Below are positions 29,259 to 34,452 of a stretch of 34,452 nucleotides of DNA, piece after piece. The translations under genes were made by a program, and so were the position numbers. The notes beneath the pieces were generated by a model. The model saw nothing but the letters and a program-made list of their open reading frames with translations, was not told where the DNA came from and made no database searches. The DNA comes from Fidelibacterota bacterium (GTDB lineage Bacteria > Fidelibacterota > UBA2242). The number at the start of each line of letters is the position of its first letter. Position 1 is the first letter of the stretch. The DNA lies in NCBI GenBank assembly GCA_049975265.1, contig JBNGDF010000026.1, positions 1-34,452 of the forward strand, given 5' to 3'.

Positions 29259-30962
29259 ATGAAACCAGCATTAAAAATAGAAACCGAATTACGTTCAACT
29301 GTTTCCGCCCGGACGATTATGATTCTCGGAATCGTTCTCCTCGTACTTTACAGTAGTTTCGCCGGTTTCGAATATTACCAATCGAAAAAAGACCTGCTGG
29401 AGATGATGAAAGAGGGTGGTTTTCTCCTGCTGGATGCGCTGATGGTCAGCAGTGAGCGTGCAATTATTGAGTATGAAAAAAAGGCATTTTCCAGGGAAAA
29501 CGCGAATGGACCCGGTCAATTAATCAAGACCATTATGCAGCAGAACGATATCGTCTATATCGCACTGCAGGATGATTACGGCACCTTGATGGGCAGCGAG
29601 AATTTACCGGACATCGACCCCGTCTTAATGGACCCGTTTCTCCTGGAAATTTCCATTGCCAAAAAAAAAGACGCCCGCATTTATGAGATCGGCGCAATGC
29701 CTGTTTTCGAAATCGCCGGCTCCTTCTTTTTCCGCGGACAGTATATCGGGGTTTACCGGATCGGCTTGCCAATGGATGAATACCGACGAATTTTAACGAA
29801 CATACGCCTGCGGTTCATTATCACAGCGTTGATCTTTTTATTTATTGGTCTGATCGGTTTCAGCGTCATGGTAGCCAATCAGAACACCAGGATTCTGGCG
29901 GAATCCTATCAACGGGTCAAAACTTACACCGGTAAAATTCTGGAAAATCTGAAAGACGCCGTAGTTGCCGCTGACCAGAACGGCACGGTGACAGTTTTTA
30001 ATGCCGCTGCCGCAGAGCTGTTTGAAATCCCGCCCGAAAAGGTCATTGGCAAGTCCCTGGCAGAAATCCGCCTGCCATGTCTGGCACCCATTCTTGATAC
30101 ACTGGAGACCGGAAAGACCAGACGTGTGCATCATTTTTTACTCAACTTGAGGGGCAGACGTAAAATCCTGAATTTAGCCACGTCCATGGTTCGGAATCAG
30201 CCGGGTGATATTGAAACAGTCATCATGATCGCCACGGATATGACAGCCCGGAGACAACTCGAAGAGCAGCTGCAACGTCAGGAAAAGCTGACCGCAATGG
30301 GTGAATTAGCCTCCGGCGTTGCCCACGAGATTCGCAATCCCATCAACGCCATCGGCATTATCGCCCAACGACTGCAGAAAGAGTTCCGACCCTGTGATAA
30401 TGAGGAAGAACAGAAGGAATTTGATGAACTTACCGTCTCAATCATCACCGAAACCAAACGAATCAATCAGACGATTCAGCAGTTTTTACACTTTGCCAAA
30501 CCGGCTGCTCTGCAAAGACAACCCACCGATATTCGTGATTTTTTGCATGAAATCGGGCGGCTGTTTAAAAGCAGCAGTACCGTACAGAATATCGCCTTTT
30601 CGATCCAGGTCAAAAACAACGCCAGGCTTCTGATTGATCCCCAGCAAATGAAGCAGGCGCTCCTGAATCTGCTCCGGAACGCGCTGGATGCCACCCCGTC
30701 CAACGGTCAAATCCGGCTATCTGCCCATAAGACCGACAATCATTACGAAATCACTGTCTCCGATACCGGAAGCGGAATTCCCGACGAGATCCTGAAGAAA
30801 ATCTTCAATATCTACTTTACCACAAAACGAAATGGCACCGGCATGGGCTTACCGATCGTAAGTCAGATTGTTCAGCAGCACGATGGCAAAATCATTGTCG
30901 AATCAAACCCGGCAAAGGGGACAACTTTCCGGATATTATTACCCTTTGAGGAACGTTCATGA
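29259..30962 (+). CDS. Sensor histidine kinase (2 TM, periplasmic domain, PAS, HisKA, HATPase), ZraS/NtrB-like
   Basis: GVAHEIRNP H-box, NLLRNALDA N-box, DTGSGI, FTTK..GTGMGL. PAS FNAAA. Confidence 0.93.
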   Translation: MKPALKIETELRSTVSARTIMILGIVLLVLYSSFAGFEYYQSKKDLLEMMKEGGFLLLDALMVSSERAIIEYEKKAFSRENANGPGQLIKTIMQQNDIVYIALQDDYGTLMGSENLPDIDPVLMDPFLLEISIAKKKDARIYEIGAMPVFEIAGSFFFRGQYIGVYRIGLPMDEYRRILTNIRLRFIITALIFLFIGLIGFSVMVANQNTRILAESYQRVKTYTGKILENLKDAVVAADQNGTVTVFNAAAAELFEIPPEKVIGKSLAEIRLPCLAPILDTLETGKTRRVHHFLLNLRGRRKILNLATSMVRNQPGDIETVIMIATDMTARRQLEEQLQRQEKLTAMGELASGVAHEIRNPINAIGIIAQRLQKEFRPCDNEEEQKEFDELTVSIITETKRINQTIQQFLHFAKPAALQRQPTDIRDFLHEIGRLFKSSSTVQNIAFSIQVKNNARLLIDPQQMKQALLNLLRNALDATPSNGQIRLSAHKTDNHYEITVSDTGSGIPDEILKKIFNIYFTTKRNGTGMGLPIVSQIVQQHDGKIIVESNPAKGTTFRILLPFEERS

Positions 30963-32314
30963 ACGACTACTCTCTTTTGATTGTTGATGACGAAATCACT
31001 CAATTGAACATGCTGGCTAATTACCTAAAGAAACAGGGATTTCAGGTTTTTAAAGCCGATAACGGTAACGATGGTCTGGCGATTCTCAGGCAACACATGA
31101 TTGATATTGTCCTGACAGACTACCGTATGCCGGAGATGAACGGCTTGGAATTCATCAGGAAAATCAAACACCTCAACCCGGAGGTAGATGTCATCCTGAT
31201 AACGGCATTTGGGAATATTGAGGATGCGGTGGAAGTCATGAAAGCCGGTGCCACCGATTACCTGCAGAAGCCTATAGATCTGGACTATCTGGATATAATT
31301 ATCAAAAAGGTGCTGGACCGTAAACAGATTCTGAGTGAAAACCGCATTTTAAAGGAATCGCTTCAGACGAAATATAACTTCCACCAGCTGCTCAGCGGAA
31401 GTGCCGCAATGGAATCGGTACTGAGTATGGCTGCCAGAGCCGCGCAAAGCCGGGCAACAATCTTGCTGCGTGGAGAAAGCGGAACCGGTAAAGAGGTCTT
31501 AGCCAGGGCGATTCACCATGCCAGTCTCCGAAAAGACAAACCCTTTGTCGCCGTCAATGTGGCGGCGGTTCCCGAAAATTTAGTCGAAAGCGAATTTTTC
31601 GGGCATGAGAAAGGTGCCTTTACCGGCGCAGACCGCCAGCGCAAGGGACGCTTCGAAATGGCTGAGTCCGGCACCCTTTTTATTGATGAGATTGGCGACA
31701 TCCCGCTGTCTACGCAGGTCAAACTTTTACGCGTATTGCAGGAACGCCGTTTTGAGCGGGTTGGGGGCGCAGAGGAGCTCACCGTGGACGTCCGGGTCAT
31801 TGCCGCCACCAATCAAAACCTCGAGCAGCTGATCCGGCAGGGCAAATTCCGGGAAGACCTTTTTTATCGCCTGAATGTCATTTCCATTGTCATCCCACCT
31901 TTGCGTGAACGCCGCGAGGAAATACCCCTTTTCATTGATCATTTCACCCGGAAATTTTGTGACCAGGAGAACAGACCTTCCCTTACCTATTCAAAAGAAG
32001 CTCTGGACCTTTTACTGAAATATCACTACCCGGGCAATGTCCGTGAGCTGGAAAACATCATTCAAAGGGCTGTTGTCCTCGCCAGAAATGATTTGATAAC
32101 TACCTCCGATCTGGCGATTCAGCTGCAGGAACTCCCTGACGAAGCCAGCGCCGATACTACCACTTCCCTGCCTCGTCAGGTTGAGACATTGGAAAAACAA
32201 CTAATCACCAATGCCCTTAGGCAATCCGAAGGCAACCAGAGCCAGGCGGCGCGCCTGCTGGGCATTACAGAACGAAATCTGCGCTATAAAATGAAAAAAT
32301 ACAATCTGAAGTAA
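30959..32314 (+). CDS. sigma54-dependent response regulator (REC-AAA+-Fis), ZraR/NtrC-like
   Basis: VDDE, TDYRMP, GESGTGKE, GAFTGA, FIDEIG, PGNVRELEN, NQSQAARLLGI. Overlaps the kinase stop. Confidence 0.95.
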   Translation: MNDYSLLIVDDEITQLNMLANYLKKQGFQVFKADNGNDGLAILRQHMIDIVLTDYRMPEMNGLEFIRKIKHLNPEVDVILITAFGNIEDAVEVMKAGATDYLQKPIDLDYLDIIIKKVLDRKQILSENRILKESLQTKYNFHQLLSGSAAMESVLSMAARAAQSRATILLRGESGTGKEVLARAIHHASLRKDKPFVAVNVAAVPENLVESEFFGHEKGAFTGADRQRKGRFEMAESGTLFIDEIGDIPLSTQVKLLRVLQERRFERVGGAEELTVDVRVIAATNQNLEQLIRQGKFREDLFYRLNVISIVIPPLRERREEIPLFIDHFTRKFCDQENRPSLTYSKEALDLLLKYHYPGNVRELENIIQRAVVLARNDLITTSDLAIQLQELPDEASADTTTSLPRQVETLEKQLITNALRQSEGNQSQAARLLGITERNLRYKMKKYNLK

Positions 32315-32365
32315 AGACAATCTCCTCCAGCTTGAATTTAACCAGCTATGTTTAATTCTTTTTCC

Positions 32366-32402
32366 CGTCGAAATCGTCGAACAACATCGACGTTATCGTC
32401 GA
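32366..32402. promoter_or_regulatory. Tandem palindromes, candidate enhancer (UAS) for the sigma54 activator
   Basis: CGTCG-AAAT-CGTCG (32366-32379) and TCGACG-TTAT-CGTCGA (32387-32402), 22 bp apart. Confidence 0.65.
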
Positions 32403-32478
32403 ATCTTCAAACGTGTTTATTATAGATTCTCTGATTTTTGTTGTTCTATCCTTTTTATTTATAAGATTTTAAATACTT

Positions 32479-32494
32479 TGGCATACTCATTGTA
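32479..32494 (+). promoter_or_regulatory. sigma54 (-24/-12) promoter
   Basis: TGGCAT-ACTCA-TTGTA against consensus TGGCAC-N5-TTGCW, with correct spacing, directly downstream of a GAFTGA activator gene. Confidence 0.72.
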
Positions 32495-32588
32495 ATATCA
32501 GCGCTCAGTTGACATTGAGAACGATGAAAAGTAAAAGAAATGAAAACATCACATCATATAAAAAACAAACAAAAAAAGGAGAAGAAAA

Positions 32589-33155
32589 ATGAGTAAGAAG
32601 AAAACCTTGACAGTCACGCTGTTGATTCTCGCCGCCAGTTTAATATTCGTCGGACTGAGTACCGATGCACTGGCTCAGAATGCACAACCCTTTTTCATTG
32701 ATGAAAACGGTGATGGTTTTAATGACAATGCGCCGGATCACGATGGCGACGGCATTCCAAATCGCATCGATCCTGATTTTCAGCGGATGTTTCAAATGAA
32801 GAACTCCCCAATCTGGAATCAGCTTACAGAAGAGCAGCAACAAAACCTTCAGGCAGTGATAGAATCCATGCAGAACGACAATGCTAGCCGGGAAGATATT
32901 CATAATGCTGTTATTGCCACTCTTGGTGAATGGGGCATCGAAGCGCCGGAAGGCATGAGACCGGGTTCCGGACTAAATAATGAACAACGGGTCCAAATCC
33001 GTGAAATGGTCCAAACAATGAGAAATCAAGGCGCCTCCCGCGAAGATATTCGGTCAGCGATTTCCGATCAGCTTGGCGAATGGGGCATCCAGGCACCGGT
33101 TGGCGGTCCGATGGCGGGTCCAAGACCCGGTGAACGCGGACGCCGAAGACCATAG
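32589..33155 (+). CDS. Exported protein with Dx[DN]xDG motifs and two helical repeats (ZraP/Spy/CpxP-like position)
   Basis: AAAGGAG RBS, signal peptide ending ALA, DENGDG and DHDGDG, two 42-aa repeats. Confidence 0.75.
   Translation: MSKKKTLTVTLLILAASLIFVGLSTDALAQNAQPFFIDENGDGFNDNAPDHDGDGIPNRIDPDFQRMFQMKNSPIWNQLTEEQQQNLQAVIESMQNDNASREDIHNAVIATLGEWGIEAPEGMRPGSGLNNEQRVQIREMVQTMRNQGASREDIRSAISDQLGEWGIQAPVGGPMAGPRPGERGRRRP
32823..33098 (+). repeat. Intragenic tandem duplication (two 42-codon units, period 150 nt)
   Basis: LTEEQ...ASREDIHNAVIATLGEWGIEAP against LNNEQ...ASREDIRSAISDQLGEWGIQAP. The DNA shares GAAGATATTC and GAATGGGGCATC. Confidence 0.85.
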
Positions 33156-33165
33156 TTTCGCTTTG

Positions 33166-33203
33166 AAGCAGTGGGGTGCTAAACCCCACTGCTTTCAATT
33201 TTT
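33166..33203 (+). terminator. Strong hairpin after the exported-protein gene (terminator or mRNA stabiliser)
   Basis: AAGCAGTGGGGT-GCTAA-ACCCCACTGCTT followed by TCAATTTTT. Confidence 0.75.
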
Positions 33204-33242
33204 AAAATTATATTATATTTAATATTTCCAGGGTAAAAATCA

Positions 33243-34388
33243 ATGAAAACACTAAAATATCTGTTAATCACATTCGTTCTTAGTACTGAATTTCTGATAC
33301 AAATCGCTTTTTCCCAAACCTTTATAAATTTCCAGCTACATGGCAGCTATACAGATAATATCTTTCAGAATTATGCACCGGCAGAAGATTATATCTCTTC
33401 TTGGAATTTAACTGTTTACCATCAGACAAAGTTAAAAACAATCCTGTATTATAACAGTAATCTGAACCTTTTTTCACAATATTCGGACCTTCAAAATCAT
33501 AACCATTATTTTGGTATTAGTAAAAAACAATCAATTGGTAATGGGAATAATGAAATATATCTCGGTGGATATGCCCGGATTCGTATCGACAGACCGGTTT
33601 ATGAGATTTATGACAACAACAACATTTACGGCTTTGCATCGATCAAATATTACCTGTTCCCAACGATTATGTTCAGAGCAAAAAATACTCTTGGAGTCAG
33701 AGCCTATGTTAATTATACCGATTATAGCTATTGGGAAAATATTATGTCGCTGAATATTAGCAAATTTCTTCAAACAAGGACAACATTACAGGCTGGAATT
33801 GATTATTTTTACAAAGATTATACTGAAAACCAAACCTATTCGGTGACGGGGCCATATGGACTCATCTCACGAACATATGTTATCGAATCTCCAAAAGTAT
33901 CTCAACTGACCGCCTCTTTGAAAATTGCTCAGAGTATCAGCAATTTGACGGCTATTCAAATGCAGGTTCTTTATCGAACTACTCTGACTGGTAAAAACCG
34001 ATTTGCCGAATTGGATGAATTTTATACCGATGAAGTTCTGTTTGATGACCATTACAGCTATTCCGGTCCGGAATATTTTCTCTCCTTGAAACAGTTACTG
34101 CCGTATCAGTTTATCATCTCAATATCCGGTTATTACCTAGAAAAATCTTACACCAATCGCTCAGTATATGACCTTGAAGGAATTGAACTGCCTGAAAAAG
34201 GGAATCGCCGGGATTACCAAAACAGTTTCTCCGGTCAACTTGAGAAGAAGTTTTCGGGAAATAACATTCCGGTCTTAAAGTCTCTGGACCTGTTTATCAA
34301 TTATTCATTTCGTGTCAATTACTCAAACGATCGATACTATGATACCTCATCCAGTTTTTTATCGGCAGGAATTGACGTAAACTTTTAA
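33243..34388 (+). CDS. Hypothetical outer-membrane beta-barrel-like protein
   Basis: Signal peptide ending AFS, YTDNIF start, Tyr/Asn/Ser-rich alternating strands, C-terminal AGIDVNF. Confidence 0.6.
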   Translation: MKTLKYLLITFVLSTEFLIQIAFSQTFINFQLHGSYTDNIFQNYAPAEDYISSWNLTVYHQTKLKTILYYNSNLNLFSQYSDLQNHNHYFGISKKQSIGNGNNEIYLGGYARIRIDRPVYEIYDNNNIYGFASIKYYLFPTIMFRAKNTLGVRAYVNYTDYSYWENIMSLNISKFLQTRTTLQAGIDYFYKDYTENQTYSVTGPYGLISRTYVIESPKVSQLTASLKIAQSISNLTAIQMQVLYRTTLTGKNRFAELDEFYTDEVLFDDHYSYSGPEYFLSLKQLLPYQFIISISGYYLEKSYTNRSVYDLEGIELPEKGNRRDYQNSFSGQLEKKFSGNNIPVLKSLDLFINYSFRVNYSNDRYYDTSSSFLSAGIDVNF

Positions 34389-34452
34389 CAATCCTACATT
34401 AGGGTTTCCTGAAAAAGTCACGATTTTATTGGGACAGGTATAATTTTCGAAT

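Noticed and set aside
32366..32403. CGTCGAA repeats as a CRISPR array or microsatellite
   Set aside because: They are too short, have no spacers and no cas genes, and are better explained as enhancer sites.

Overview
A 34.5 kb gene-dense chromosomal window from a diderm, probably anaerobic bacterium. An FCB-group-like lineage is inferred from the short region-1.1-less SigA-type sigma factor, the NTP_transf_4-type GlmU-like protein and the GT2/DUF4922-like pair. I see no mobile elements or CRISPR. Left to right: TPR membrane protein and tRNA-Arg(CCU); an amino-sugar cluster (glmS, GlmU-like, two-domain GT2, HxHxQ nucleotide-sugar phosphorylase-like); an aldehyde dehydrogenase; desulfoferrodoxin, ferritin and rubrerythrin-like genes; a TetR, phasin, UbiB/ABC1, GtrA, CDP-alcohol phosphatidyltransferase block; an NqrBCDEF-like operon with its own promoter, no NqrA/RnfC/RnfB and a tightly linked 151-aa unknown; ABC-F; sigma factor and rpsU; Ldh_2 dehydrogenase and transketolase; YitT; MFS; and a ZraSR-like two-component system whose predicted sigma54 promoter and tandem enhancer palindromes precede a repeat-containing exported protein and an outer-membrane barrel. 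Best candidates for under-described systems are the NqrA-less Nqr/Rnf-like complex with its accessory ORF, the amino-sugar cluster, and the Zra-like sigma54 envelope module. All family calls are by-eye motif recognition; no searches were run.
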